Source of the DNA: Planctomycetota bacterium
GTDB taxonomy: Bacteria > Planctomycetota > UBA1135 > UBA2386
Direction: 5' to 3'
Assembly (NCBI GenBank): GCA_965228735.1
Contig: OZ245838.1
Span: 2,304,001 to 2,368,000, forward strand
DNA: 64,000 nt
The notes under the pieces were generated by a model that saw only the letters and a program-made list of their open reading frames with translations, did not search any database and was not told the DNA's origin. Every line of letters starts with the position of its first letter. The stretch's first letter is position 1. Positions 50,027 through 60,410 of this stretch are shown here, one piece after another. A program made the translations under genes and the position numbers.

Positions 50027-51139
50027 TTGCCGTACTCGCCGCTACGCCACGTCGACTCGATCTTCCTCAAGCGGAAGCCGATCCACGTGACGTTCTTCGT
50101 CACCAAGATCTGCAACGCGGCGTGCCCGTTCTGCTTCTACATCTGGCGTGAGGACGGACCGGCGCCCGGTGAGCTGACGCTCCCGGAGATCGACCGGATG
50201 AGCAAGTCGCTGCCGAACCTCCTGTGGCTCTCGTTCTCCGGCGGCGAGATCTTCGTCCGCAAGGACTTCCCCGAGATCGTCGAGACGTTCTACAAGAACA
50301 ACAAGCCCGTCGTGATGCTGTTCCCGACCAACGGGATCATGACGAGCAAGATCGTCGACACGATGCGGCGGCTCTGCAAGTCGTGCCCGGACAGCCGGCT
50401 CGTCGCCAAGATCTCGCTCGACGGCCCGCCCGAGTATCACGACAAGATGCGCGTCGTGAAGGGTTGCTACGACAAGGCGATGGCGACCTACGAGGGCCTC
50501 GCCGACCTGCTCGAGGAGTTTCCCAACTTCGACCTCGGCGTCAACACCGTGCTCTGCGCGGACAACCAGGACCTCGTCGACGGCTTCATCGACACCGTCG
50601 CGGAGACGATGCCGCGCATCACGACGCACACCGTGTCGCTCGCGCGGGGCGACATGCCGAGCCCCGAGCTCAAGAACGTGCAGCTCGAGAAGTACAAGGC
50701 CGCCGTGCTCAAGCTCGAAGAGCGCGTCAAGAACCACGAGCTGCCGGTCTACCGCTTCCCCGGCGGCAAGTGGAAGGCCGCGCAGGACATCGTGCAGCGG
50801 CAGCTCATCTTCGACACCGCGCAGGCCGAGAAGCGTCTGTCCAACTGCTACGCGGGCACGCTCAACGTGGTCATCGGCGCCGACGGTGCGGTGCACCCGT
50901 GCGAGGAGTTCGAGATGCAGATGGGCAACGTCAAAGACCACGACTTCGACGTCATGAAGGTCCTCGACTCGCCGGAGGCCAAGCAGATCAAGGCCGACAT
51001 CAAGGCCTGGAAATGCCACTGCACGCACGAGTGTTTCATGATGACGAACACTCTGTTCAACCCGCGGATGATCCCGAAGATCGCCAAGGAATACGTCAAG
51101 CTCAAGCCGAAGCCGACGACGCCGGCGACGTCGAGCTGA
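50027..51139 (+). CDS. Radical SAM protein with SPASM/twitch domain
   Basis: Probable TTG start at 50027 with AGGGAG about 10 nt upstream. CNAACPFC, SGGE, SLDG...HD, CYAG...DGAVHPCE and CHCTHEC. Confidence 0.88.
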   Translation: MPYSPLRHVDSIFLKRKPIHVTFFVTKICNAACPFCFYIWREDGPAPGELTLPEIDRMSKSLPNLLWLSFSGGEIFVRKDFPEIVETFYKNNKPVVMLFPTNGIMTSKIVDTMRRLCKSCPDSRLVAKISLDGPPEYHDKMRVVKGCYDKAMATYEGLADLLEEFPNFDLGVNTVLCADNQDLVDGFIDTVAETMPRITTHTVSLARGDMPSPELKNVQLEKYKAAVLKLEERVKNHELPVYRFPGGKWKAAQDIVQRQLIFDTAQAEKRLSNCYAGTLNVVIGADGAVHPCEEFEMQMGNVKDHDFDVMKVLDSPEAKQIKADIKAWKCHCTHECFMMTNTLFNPRMIPKIAKEYVKLKPKPTTPATSS

Positions 51140-51173
51140 GCCGCAGAGCCTGACTCGGCGAGATCGGCCGCGG

Positions 51174-52109
51174 ATGACAGTCCCCCACGTCGACGCGCGC
51201 GTCATCGTCCGCCCGAGCGCCCAACACGGCTACCTGCCCGAGGGTCCGCGCGTATTGCCCGACGGCCGGCTGCTCTGGATCACGATCCAGTGCGGCAGGA
51301 CCGGTGAGCTGGCGCAGAGCGGCGTCGTGCACGTGCTCGACCTCGCGACCGGCCACGGCTCGGCGATGCCGGTTCCGGGCCGCCCCGGCTTCGCGCTGCC
51401 GAGCGACAGCCCGACCGTCGTGCTGCTCGGCATGGAACGCGCGGTCGGCTGGCTCGACCTCGAGTCCGGCGCGTTCGACCCGATCGTGGAGGGCATCGAC
51501 GACCACTGCGAGGGCACGATCATCAACGACGCCGAACCGTGCTCGCACGGCATCGTGTTCGGCACGAAGGACACGGCATTCCGCGATCACAAGGCCGGGC
51601 TCTACTTCCTGCGCCAGCGCGACAGCCGGCTCTTCCGCCTGCGCGACGACCAGCTCTGCAGCAACGGCAAGGTCGTGCGGGAGCTCCTCGACGGCCGCGT
51701 CGTGCTCTTCGACATCGACTCGCCGACCCGGCTCGTGCGCCGCTACGAGCTCGACGTCGAACGCGGCGTCCTGAGCGAGCCAAAGGTCGCGATCGATCTG
51801 ACTGCGGAACGCGCCGTGCCCGACGGGATGACCGAGGTCCCGCGCACGGACGACGTCGTGATCGCGATGTTCGATCCGGAGTTCGCCGCGTTCGGTCGGG
51901 CGCTGCGCTGTTCGCTGACGACGGGCGAGATCCGCGCCGAGTACCGCACACCGGGCGCGGCCCAGGTGACCTGCCCGGCATGGCTGCAGAGCCAGGAGGG
52001 CAGCTTCGTGCTGCTCACGACGGCGGCCGAGAACCTCACGCCCGAGCAGGCGCTGCGGCAGCCGAACGCCGGCTGCTTGTTCGTCGCAGCCGCGGACGAC
52101 TCGCCCTGA
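51174..52109 (+). CDS. SMP-30/gluconolactonase/LRE family protein
   Basis: LPEGP, IINDA, CSNG, IDSP, VPDGM and QVTCPAW. Confidence 0.85.
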   Translation: MTVPHVDARVIVRPSAQHGYLPEGPRVLPDGRLLWITIQCGRTGELAQSGVVHVLDLATGHGSAMPVPGRPGFALPSDSPTVVLLGMERAVGWLDLESGAFDPIVEGIDDHCEGTIINDAEPCSHGIVFGTKDTAFRDHKAGLYFLRQRDSRLFRLRDDQLCSNGKVVRELLDGRVVLFDIDSPTRLVRRYELDVERGVLSEPKVAIDLTAERAVPDGMTEVPRTDDVVIAMFDPEFAAFGRALRCSLTTGEIRAEYRTPGAAQVTCPAWLQSQEGSFVLLTTAAENLTPEQALRQPNAGCLFVAAADDSP

Positions 52110-52130
52110 CGCCACGCGAACCGGGCCGGC

Positions 52131-53315
52131 CTACTCGACGGCCGGCAGCAGCTCGATCCACCGCCCGCCGCGCCAGGTGAAGAGCCCGAACCCGCCCGCG
52201 AACAGCCGGCCGTCGGGCATCTCCGCGAGACACTCGACCACCGTGTCGAGCTCGCCGATCGGCCGCCACACCGTGCCGTCGAAGCGATGCACGCCGGCGT
52301 TGGCCGTGCCGACCACCACGTTGCCGTCCGGCTGCCGGATCACGCACGTGAGGATCTCGTCGAGCCCGGCGTGCAGCGGCGCCCAGGCCTTCCCCGTCCA
52401 GCGCGCGACGTTGGTGCAGGCGAGCCCACCCGCGTGGTCGAACGTGCCGATGACGACGAACGCGCCGCCGCCGACCGGCACCGCGGCCCGCACCTCGCCG
52501 TCGACACCGAGGCCGAGCGGGTGCCAGTTCTCACCATCCCAGCGCGCGACGTTGTTCGCCCGCACCTGACCCGCGAGCTCGAACTCGCCCATCGCGACCA
52601 CGGCCCCGTCACCGAGCGCGATGCACCCGAGGACCCGACCCTCGATGCCGCGACCGAGCGGCCGCCAGCGACCCGGAGTTCCCGTCACGGCGGTCGCGAT
52701 CACGGCGTTGCCGGTTGCGGCAGGGTCGGCGCCCACATCCACGCCAGGGTCCACGACTCGCGGCTCGAATCGCGCGAGGTTGACCGCGCGCTCGACACCC
52801 GCGTACTCGAACGAGCCGCCGATATGGAGCACGCCGCGCTGCGCGCCGCGACCAACGGCGAGCGTAGAGACGAAGCGAAACGCCTCGTCGTCGATCCCCG
52901 CGCCGAACGCGTGCCACCGCGTCCCGTCCCAGCGCGCGACTCGCCAGGCCGGCACCCCGCCCGCCTGCGCGAACGCCCCCGCCACCACGAGATCACCGGT
53001 CGGCAGCACGTCGACGGCGCGCACCGAGCCGTCGAGTCCGCGGCCGAGCTCCCGCCAGGTCCCGGTCTCGGGATCGAACAGCCCGATGTAGTTCTGCAGC
53101 GGATTGCCCGGCCACGGCGACCGACCGGCGACCGCGAGCACCGGGTTCTTCGGCCCCGCACCATCGGGATCCCACGGCGTCATCGCGGTGACCTCGGTGA
53201 TCCGGAACTCCTCTTCCTCCTGCGCCACGACCCGCTCGGCCGAAGCGCCGAGTGCGGCGAGGAGAGCGGTTGCCCGGACGAGCAGCCGAGCCTGCAAGAG
53301 AGGACCGTCGAACAT
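52131..53315 (-). CDS. Secreted beta-propeller repeat protein
   Basis: Signal peptide. Repeats of (V)ARWDGxxWxxLGxGxDGxV...GxFxxAG. Confidence 0.75.
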   Translation of the reverse strand: MFDGPLLQARLLVRATALLAALGASAERVVAQEEEEFRITEVTAMTPWDPDGAGPKNPVLAVAGRSPWPGNPLQNYIGLFDPETGTWRELGRGLDGSVRAVDVLPTGDLVVAGAFAQAGGVPAWRVARWDGTRWHAFGAGIDDEAFRFVSTLAVGRGAQRGVLHIGGSFEYAGVERAVNLARFEPRVVDPGVDVGADPAATGNAVIATAVTGTPGRWRPLGRGIEGRVLGCIALGDGAVVAMGEFELAGQVRANNVARWDGENWHPLGLGVDGEVRAAVPVGGGAFVVIGTFDHAGGLACTNVARWTGKAWAPLHAGLDEILTCVIRQPDGNVVVGTANAGVHRFDGTVWRPIGELDTVVECLAEMPDGRLFAGGFGLFTWRGGRWIELLPAVE

Positions 53316-53468
53316 CGGCGATCGAGCAACCTAGAGCACGACCGCGCCGCACACAATCCGCGCGCGGCGATCGGCGCATCGGCAACGGTCGACACCGTCC
53401 GCGCGATCGTCGACGATGCGCCCGTGGCAAGCATCTCAGCGAGCGAGACACCGGTGCCCGGAGCCACG

Positions 53469-53903
53469 ATGCCGACCGCCAAGGGCAAACCCGCGGCCAG
53501 GACGGCCGCCGTCGCGTTCCTCTGGCTGCAGGCCGGGCTCATCGGCGGCTGGTGGGTCTGGCTGTGGCTGTCGCCCGATGCCCGCGCGTGGTTCGCGTTC
53601 CCGGACTGGCCGGGGGGCGTCGCGCTCGCGTTCTTCGTGCCCGACCTCGCGGTGCTCGGGCTCGGCGCCGCCGTCGTCGCGTTCGGCGTGCAGCGCGAGA
53701 CGCGCTGGGCGATGTACGCGTTCGGCGCTGTTCTCGGCAGCGCGATCTACGCCACGCTGTTCTGCGTCGGCGCCGCCGTGCTCGGTCACGGCAACACGCT
53801 CAGCCTCGCGCTCATGCTGCTGCTCTGCGTCGCCGACTGCGCCGCGTTCGCACTCGCGCGCCACCACCGCGTCGCGCGCAAACGAGCCACGGGAGCCGCG
53901 TAA
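53469..53903 (+). CDS. Hypothetical membrane protein (about 4 TM helices)
   Basis: ATG 53469 with hydrophobic helices. Its stop overlaps the next ATG (TAATG). Confidence 0.7.
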   Translation: MPTAKGKPAARTAAVAFLWLQAGLIGGWWVWLWLSPDARAWFAFPDWPGGVALAFFVPDLAVLGLGAAVVAFGVQRETRWAMYAFGAVLGSAIYATLFCVGAAVLGHGNTLSLALMLLLCVADCAAFALARHHRVARKRATGAA

Positions 53904-54514
53904 TGCGGGCGTTTCGCGTCGCGCGCGCGGGCTCGACCACGCGTCATGTGGGCCTCACGCTGCTGCAGACCGCGGTGATGTGGACCGTGTTCCTCCTTCT
54001 GCTGCCGCTGCTCATCCATGCCGGCGTAACCCGCGCGGCACTCGCGCCGACGCCGTTCCCGGGGCATCGCGAGCTGGGACTCGGCCTGCTCATCCTCATG
54101 AGCGCGCTCGGCCTCGGCACGGGCCTGCTCATGGCCGTGCGCGGCCGCGGCACGCCGCTGCCGCTCGCCACGGCGCGTGACCTCGTGATCGCCGGCGCGT
54201 ATCGATTCGTGCGCAACCCGATGGCGCTCGCCGGCATCGGCCAGGGCATCGCGGTCGGCCTGCTGCTCGCGGACTGGTGCGTCGTCGGCTACGCGCTCGG
54301 CGGCGCCGTCCTGTGGCACTGCGTCGCGCGCCCGCCCGAAGAACGCGACCTGGCAGCGCGGTTCGGCACCGCGTACGAACGCTATCGCGCGGCCGTGCCG
54401 CTGTGGCGTCCGCGGCTCACGCCCTACTCGCCGTCCGTCGACGATCCGATCGCCAACGCGGCTGCGGCGAGCTCGGGCCAGAGCGCACGGAAGTCACCGT
54501 CGAGTTCGGCGTAG
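53903..54514 (+). CDS. Isoprenylcysteine carboxyl methyltransferase / PEMT (Ste14) family protein
   Basis: GRGTPLP, LVIAGAYRFVRNPM and EERDLAARFGTAYERYRAAVPLW. Confidence 0.85.
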   Translation: MRAFRVARAGSTTRHVGLTLLQTAVMWTVFLLLLPLLIHAGVTRAALAPTPFPGHRELGLGLLILMSALGLGTGLLMAVRGRGTPLPLATARDLVIAGAYRFVRNPMALAGIGQGIAVGLLLADWCVVGYALGGAVLWHCVARPPEERDLAARFGTAYERYRAAVPLWRPRLTPYSPSVDDPIANAAAASSGQSARKSPSSSA

Positions 54515-55014
54515 TGCTCGCGCAACAGCGCGCTGCCGTCGAGCAGCACGACCCGGCGCCGGCCGCGCCCGGCCATGCGGCGCAGGATCGCGTCGATGCC
54601 CGCGAGCTCGCCGTAGCTCGACAGCCAACCTTCAGTGCGCATGACCGGCAGGATCTGGCGCAGCCGCGGCGGCAGCAGCTCCGCGTGCTCGGCCAGTTGA
54701 TCGTGCACCTCGTCCACGAACGTGGTGAGCTCCCGACCGTCGCCGAGCACGTCCCAGTCGCGGGCCAGGAAGTGGTCGTAGAACACGTCGACGAGCACGC
54801 CCGCGAACCGATTGGGCCGCAACCGCCCGGCGCTGCGCTTCGTCACCGCGTGATCGTCCACGAAGCGATCGACGGCACGGTGCTGCTCGATGCCGAGGCG
54901 GATCTCGGGCCGCAGATCGGCGAGCTCGATGCCGCGCACGAAATCGCCGCAGAGGTTGCCGAGCCGCACCAGCGGAGCGGCCGGCGCGAGCCGCAGGTGC
55001 GCGAGCCAGTTCAT
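54424..55014 (-). CDS. acpH: Acyl carrier protein phosphodiesterase
   Basis: MNWLAHL, GNLCGDFVRG, GIEQHRAVDRFVDDH, FAGVLVDVFYDHFLARDW and WLSSY. Confidence 0.9.
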   Translation of the reverse strand: MNWLAHLRLAPAAPLVRLGNLCGDFVRGIELADLRPEIRLGIEQHRAVDRFVDDHAVTKRSAGRLRPNRFAGVLVDVFYDHFLARDWDVLGDGRELTTFVDEVHDQLAEHAELLPPRLRQILPVMRTEGWLSSYGELAGIDAILRRMAGRGRRRVVLLDGSALLREHYAELDGDFRALWPELAAAALAIGSSTDGE

Positions 55015-55114
55015 CCAGCCGTCGATCGGACCGCGCGAACCGCCGCTTGGCAACGCGCGATCCGGGCACGGCGGTGTTCCTCGCCCTTGCCGCGGATAGA
55101 CTCCCCGCCCCGAA

Positions 55115-58100
55115 ATGAGCACCGAACTGCCCGATAAGTACGATCCCGGCACGCTCGAGCCCGCCGTGACCAAGGCCTGGCTCGACAAGAAGTCGTTCGC
55201 CGCGCACCCGGATGCGCGGAGCCAGCGCTACGTCGTCATGATGCCGCTGCCCAACGTCACGGGTGCGCTGCACATGGGTCACGCGATGGACAACGTCATG
55301 CAGGATCTGCTCGTGCGCTGGCACCGCATGCGCGGCGACAACACGCTGTGGCAGGCCGGCACCGACCACGCGGGCATCGCGACGCAGGCCGTGGTCGAGA
55401 AGCGCCTCAAGGAGATCGACGGCAAGACGCGGCACGACATCGGGCGCGAGGCGCTCGTCGAACGGATCCACGACTGGGCGGGCCAGAGCCAAGAGCGCAT
55501 CGTGCGCCAGCAGCAGGCCATGGGCACCTCGTGCGACTGGGACCGCGCGCGGTTCACGATGGACGACGTGTGCGCGCGCGCCGTGCGGCACACGTTCTTC
55601 CGGATGTTCAAGGACGGGCTGATCTTCCGCGGCAACCGGCTCGTGAACTGGGACTGCGCGCTGCAGACCGCCGTCGCCGACGACGAGCTCTACAAGGCCA
55701 CGGTCCACGGCAAGTTCTACTACCTGCGCTACCCCGTCGAGAATCGGCAGGGCGACGAGCCCGAGCACGTGATCGTGGCCACGACGCGGCCCGAGACCAT
55801 GCTCGGCGACACGGCCGTGGCGGTGCACAGCGACCCCGCCGCGGCGATGGCGGCGGCGATCCAGTCACAGCGTGAGAAGATCGCGGCCGCCTCGGACAAG
55901 GAACGACCCGCGGCCGAGAAGGAGCTCGAACGTCTCGAGGCCCGCCAGCGCGACGTGCTCCCCACCCTCGTCACGATCTGCGCGATGGCGAAGGCCGGCC
56001 GCACGATCCGCCTGCCGCTGATGGACCGGTCCATCCCGATCATCCTCGACGACTGGGCCGATCCGACGCTCGGCACGGGCTGCGTCAAGATCACGCCGGC
56101 CCACGACCCCAACGACTACGATGTGTGGCAACGCCACGAGGCGATCGGCGCGATCAACGTGCTCGCGACCGACGGCACGATCAGTGAGAAGGGCGGCAAG
56201 TACCGCGGCCAGGATCGCTTCGATGCGCGCAAGAACGTGATCGCCGACCTCGACGCGCAGGGTCTGCTCGAGAAGATCGAGGACCGCGAGATCGAGATCG
56301 ACCACAGCGACCGCAGCAAGACCATCGTCGAGCCGTACCTCTCCAAGCAGTGGTTCGTGCACATGGCCGACGTCGATGGCGGCATCGTGATGGGCCGCGG
56401 CACCGACAAGGAGTTCCGCGCCGCGGGCCTCGCGCAGGCGGCGCTCGACGCGACCGCGGGCACGCTGCCGCCGTTCGCCAACGGCACGCCGCGCGCCACC
56501 GTGCGCTTCCACCCCGACCAGGAGCGCTACCGCAAGATGTACGACGTGTGGCTCGGCGAGAAGCGCGACTGGTGCATCAGCCGGCAGCTCTGGTGGGGTC
56601 ACCGCATTCCCGTGTTCCGCGGCGAGATGGCGGCCGACAAGCTGCTGATGCTCAAGCCGATGCTCGGGCAGCACCTCGACCGCGACGACGTCGCCGCGTG
56701 GGTGCTGTTGCCGGACGGCAGCAAGCTGACGCCCAGTGAGGCGTTCGAGCACCTCGAAGGCCCGAACGCGCCGACCAGCGTGGAGGTGCAGGTCTGCTTC
56801 CTCGACGGCAAGCAGGACGAGGCCCTCGGCCCCGTGCTCGCGGGCGCCGGCCTCGAGCTCGACCCCGACGTGCTCGACACGTGGTTCAGTTCGGCGATCT
56901 GGCCGCACAGCACGCTCGGCTGGCCCGACCCGGAGACGGCCAGGGTCAACGAGGGGCAGACGCCGCTCGGCAAGAACGGCGAGCACCCCGACTCGCTGAG
57001 CTACTACTACCCGGGCTCCTGCCTCGTGACCGGCCGCGACATCATCACGCTGTGGGTCGTGCGCATGGTGATGTCGGGGCTCTACAACCTCGGCGACGTG
57101 CCGTTCACCGACGTCTTCCTGCACGCGACGATCCTCGACGGCAAGGGCGAGCGGATGTCGAAGAGCAAGGGCAACGGCATCGACCCGCTCGACATCATCG
57201 AGCGCTACGGCGCCGACGCGCTGCGCTACGTGATCTGCGAGCTGCAGACCGGCACGCAGGACATCCGCCTGCCGGTGCAGGCGATCTCGCCGTTCACCAA
57301 GGACGGCGAGGACGAACGCCTCGTCGACCTCGCCACCGCCAAGGCCGGCCCGTTCCTCGGCACGTTCCTCGATCCCGAGACCAACGAGCCGATGGATCTG
57401 ATCGGTCAGTACGGCACCGAAGGCATCACGCCCGCGCGCGCGACGAGCGAACGCTTCCAGGTCGGCTCGGCGTTCTGCAACAAGCTGTTCAACGCGGCCC
57501 GTTTCGCATTCCTCAATCTCGACGGCACGGGCTTCCGGCCCCTGCAGGCAAAGGACCTCGCGCTCGAGGACCGCTGGATCCTCGCGCGCCTGGCCCGCGC
57601 GATCCGCACCGTCGACGAGCAGCTCGAGGCCTACACGCCGTCCGCCGCGATCAGCGCCGTGCGCGACTTCTTCTGGAACGAGCTCTGCGACTGGTACCTC
57701 GAGATGATCAAGCCGCGCTTCCGGGACGGCGCCGATGCGAGCTCGACGGCGCCAGACTCCAAAGCAACGGCGCAGCAGGTCCTCGCGGCCGTGCTCGATC
57801 AGACGCTGCGGCTGCTGCACCCGTTCGTGCCGTTCCTCACCGAAACGCTGTGGACGCGCCTGCGGGAGCTCGCACCCGAGCGCGGCATCGCGAGTGCGTT
57901 CGCCGACAACCAGATGCTCGTGGATGCCCAGTGGCCGAGCGCAGACCCGACGTGGGATGACCCGGCGACCGAACAACGCATCGCAGCGATGCAGCAGTGG
58001 TGCGTCGCGATTCGCGAGGCCCGCGCCCGTTACCAGGTCGCCCCGCGCGAACGCATCGCCGCGCGCTTCCGCGCCGAGGGCGCCGTGGCCGAGACGCTGA

Positions 58101-58432
58101 CCGCAACGCAGGACCTGCTTGCGAACATGGCCGGCCTCAGCGAGACCACCATCGCCGCGGACGCCGAACGCACACCGGACGCCGCGACCGTCGTGCAGGG
58201 TGCCGCCAAGGCGTTCCTCCTCGGCGTGGTCGACCTCGAGGCCGAGCGCCAGAAGCTCGGCAAGGAGGCCGACAAGCTCCGCGGCCGCATCACGGGCATC
58301 GAGAAGAAGCTCGGCAACGAGAGCTTCACGGCCAAGGCCCCGGCGGCCGTGGTCGACCGCGAGCGCGCGAACCTGGCGAAGCTGCAGGAGCAGCTCGCGG
58401 GCGTGGAACAAAGCCTGAGCGAGCTCGACTGA
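55115..58432 (+). CDS. valS: Valine--tRNA ligase with insertions
   Basis: PNVTGALHMGH, GTDHAGIATQ, ATTRPETMLGD, VKITPAHDPND, DWCISRQLWWGH, DVLDTWFSS, RMSKSKGN and a C-terminal coiled coil. Confidence 0.97.
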   Translation: MSTELPDKYDPGTLEPAVTKAWLDKKSFAAHPDARSQRYVVMMPLPNVTGALHMGHAMDNVMQDLLVRWHRMRGDNTLWQAGTDHAGIATQAVVEKRLKEIDGKTRHDIGREALVERIHDWAGQSQERIVRQQQAMGTSCDWDRARFTMDDVCARAVRHTFFRMFKDGLIFRGNRLVNWDCALQTAVADDELYKATVHGKFYYLRYPVENRQGDEPEHVIVATTRPETMLGDTAVAVHSDPAAAMAAAIQSQREKIAAASDKERPAAEKELERLEARQRDVLPTLVTICAMAKAGRTIRLPLMDRSIPIILDDWADPTLGTGCVKITPAHDPNDYDVWQRHEAIGAINVLATDGTISEKGGKYRGQDRFDARKNVIADLDAQGLLEKIEDREIEIDHSDRSKTIVEPYLSKQWFVHMADVDGGIVMGRGTDKEFRAAGLAQAALDATAGTLPPFANGTPRATVRFHPDQERYRKMYDVWLGEKRDWCISRQLWWGHRIPVFRGEMAADKLLMLKPMLGQHLDRDDVAAWVLLPDGSKLTPSEAFEHLEGPNAPTSVEVQVCFLDGKQDEALGPVLAGAGLELDPDVLDTWFSSAIWPHSTLGWPDPETARVNEGQTPLGKNGEHPDSLSYYYPGSCLVTGRDIITLWVVRMVMSGLYNLGDVPFTDVFLHATILDGKGERMSKSKGNGIDPLDIIERYGADALRYVICELQTGTQDIRLPVQAISPFTKDGEDERLVDLATAKAGPFLGTFLDPETNEPMDLIGQYGTEGITPARATSERFQVGSAFCNKLFNAARFAFLNLDGTGFRPLQAKDLALEDRWILARLARAIRTVDEQLEAYTPSAAISAVRDFFWNELCDWYLEMIKPRFRDGADASSTAPDSKATAQQVLAAVLDQTLRLLHPFVPFLTETLWTRLRELAPERGIASAFADNQMLVDAQWPSADPTWDDPATEQRIAAMQQWCVAIREARARYQVAPRERIAARFRAEGAVAETLTATQDLLANMAGLSETTIAADAERTPDAATVVQGAAKAFLLGVVDLEAERQKLGKEADKLRGRITGIEKKLGNESFTAKAPAAVVDRERANLAKLQEQLAGVEQSLSELD

Positions 58433-58516
58433 ACGGCACCGGGTCGCAGGTGGGCGCGACCCATTCCGTCCGAAGTTCCGGCGGGAGCACGAACGGCGCG
58501 GTTACGATCGCGGACG

Positions 58517-60178
58517 ATGTCGACGCGCACTCGCTCGCTCCTTCTCCTCACCGGTATCGCCGCCGTCGCAGCGCTTCCCGCCGCGCGCGCGCAGAGCGCG
58601 GAGCCTTCGACTCCGCACGCGACCCCCGCGGCAACGGCAAGCCCCGAACCGGCGCCCCAAGACCCGGAACCGGCAACGGTCCCGGAATCGAGCAACTATC
58701 AGCGCACGAGTTCCCTGGCGGATGTGCAGTTGTTCCTCGAACGTTGCCAGCAGCTGCCGCACGGCGACCGCCTCACGATCGTCACGGCCGGCCGCAGTCA
58801 CGAAGACCGTCCCCTGCTGCTCTGCAAGGTCGCGCTCGCCGAGCCGCGCACGCCGACGGGTCAACGACTGCGCGCGCTCGTGATCGGCAACATCCACGCC
58901 GGCGAAGTCGAGGGCAAGGAAGCCCTGCAGCAGCTCATCCGCGAGTTCGGCAGCGGCGACCACGAAGAACTGCTGCATCAGTGCGACGTCTGGCTGCTGC
59001 CGATCTACAACGTGGACGGCAACGAGAAGACGAACCCGCGCAACCGCCGACGCCAGAACGGCCCGAGCAACGTCGGCCAACGGCCCAACGCCCAGGGCCT
59101 CGATCTGAATCGCGATTTCGTCAAGGCCGAGGCACTCGAGACCCGGGCCCTGCTGAAGCTCTTCCGCGAGTTCGATCCGCACCTGTTCGTGGACCTACAC
59201 ACGACGAACGGCTCCTACCACGGCTACCACCTGACCTTCGCGCCCTGCCTCTCCCCGAACCAGGACGCCGGCCTGCAGCGACTCTCGCGCCGATTGCTCG
59301 ACGATGCAACAGCGACGCTGAAGCGCGATCACGACCTCGACATCTTCGACTACGGCAACTTCCAGACGACGGACTGGGACGGCGGCGGCGCCCCCGAATC
59401 CGAACGCAGCAAGCGCGGCTGGTACACCTACGACAGCCGTCCGCGCTACGGCGTCAACTACTACGGCCTGCGCAACCGCATCGCGATTCTCAGCGAGGCC
59501 TACAGCTACTGCGACTTCGAGACCCGTGTGCGCACGACGCGCGCGTTCGTCCTCGGTCTGCTCACCTCGCTCACCGAACGCCGCGTCGAGGTCCTCGGCG
59601 CGTGCCGCGGCGCCGACTTCGGCGCCCGCGCCGCGGCGCCGCAACGCTGGTTCGGCTACGACGCCCACTTCGCCGCCCCCGAGCCGCTCGACGTTCTCGT
59701 CGGCAACGTCGAACAACTCGACGACGGCCGCCGCGCCCGCACCGACGAAGTAAAGGCCGAGCGCATGCCCGTCTTCCGCTCGTTCCGAGCCCGCCAGCAA
59801 AGGAAGCTCCCCGACGCGTGGGTGATTCCGAACCCGACTCCCGAGACCATCGCCCTCCTCGAACGCCACGGCCTCGAATTCAAACGCCTCGACACCGCCC
59901 GCGAGATCCGCGCCGAACGCTTCGCCGTCACCAAGAAGCGCAAGCCGAAGCGCCCGTTCCAGGGTCACCAGGAGCTGGTACTCGAGGGCAAATGGGAACC
60001 ATCACGCCTGCACGACACGCCGGCAGGCAGCCTGCTCGTTCCCGCCCGGCAACGCCTCGCAATGCTCGCCGCGCAGTTGCTCGAGCCGACGAGTGATGAC
60101 GGGATGTCGAACTGGAACTACTTCGAGGCCGCCACCGACGACCACTACCCCGTCCTCCGGCTCTTCGCGAGGGACTGA
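58517..60178 (+). CDS. Secreted M14-family zinc carboxypeptidase
   Basis: Signal peptide, NIHAGE (HxxE), PIYNVDG, DLNRD, VDLHTTNG and ILSE. Confidence 0.88.
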   Translation: MSTRTRSLLLLTGIAAVAALPAARAQSAEPSTPHATPAATASPEPAPQDPEPATVPESSNYQRTSSLADVQLFLERCQQLPHGDRLTIVTAGRSHEDRPLLLCKVALAEPRTPTGQRLRALVIGNIHAGEVEGKEALQQLIREFGSGDHEELLHQCDVWLLPIYNVDGNEKTNPRNRRRQNGPSNVGQRPNAQGLDLNRDFVKAEALETRALLKLFREFDPHLFVDLHTTNGSYHGYHLTFAPCLSPNQDAGLQRLSRRLLDDATATLKRDHDLDIFDYGNFQTTDWDGGGAPESERSKRGWYTYDSRPRYGVNYYGLRNRIAILSEAYSYCDFETRVRTTRAFVLGLLTSLTERRVEVLGACRGADFGARAAAPQRWFGYDAHFAAPEPLDVLVGNVEQLDDGRRARTDEVKAERMPVFRSFRARQQRKLPDAWVIPNPTPETIALLERHGLEFKRLDTAREIRAERFAVTKKRKPKRPFQGHQELVLEGKWEPSRLHDTPAGSLLVPARQRLAMLAAQLLEPTSDDGMSNWNYFEAATDDHYPVLRLFARD

Positions 60179-60410
60179 TGGCCAGAGTGTGGATCAGGCC
60201 AAATGCGCGAGACTGCCCAAGACTACCCGCGTAACTCTCTCGCGTAGAAGACCTTCGAAGTTCCCGTCAACCGCATCCCGCGAAACCACACCCAACCCAT
60301 CGGTCTGCCGCGGGCTCCTGCTGGCTCGAGTTTGGACATCGGCCACCGGCCCAGCACGGCGAAGATGCTGGCCGTTCGACTCGCCCGCACCCATTGCCCG
60401 CAGCTCCAGG

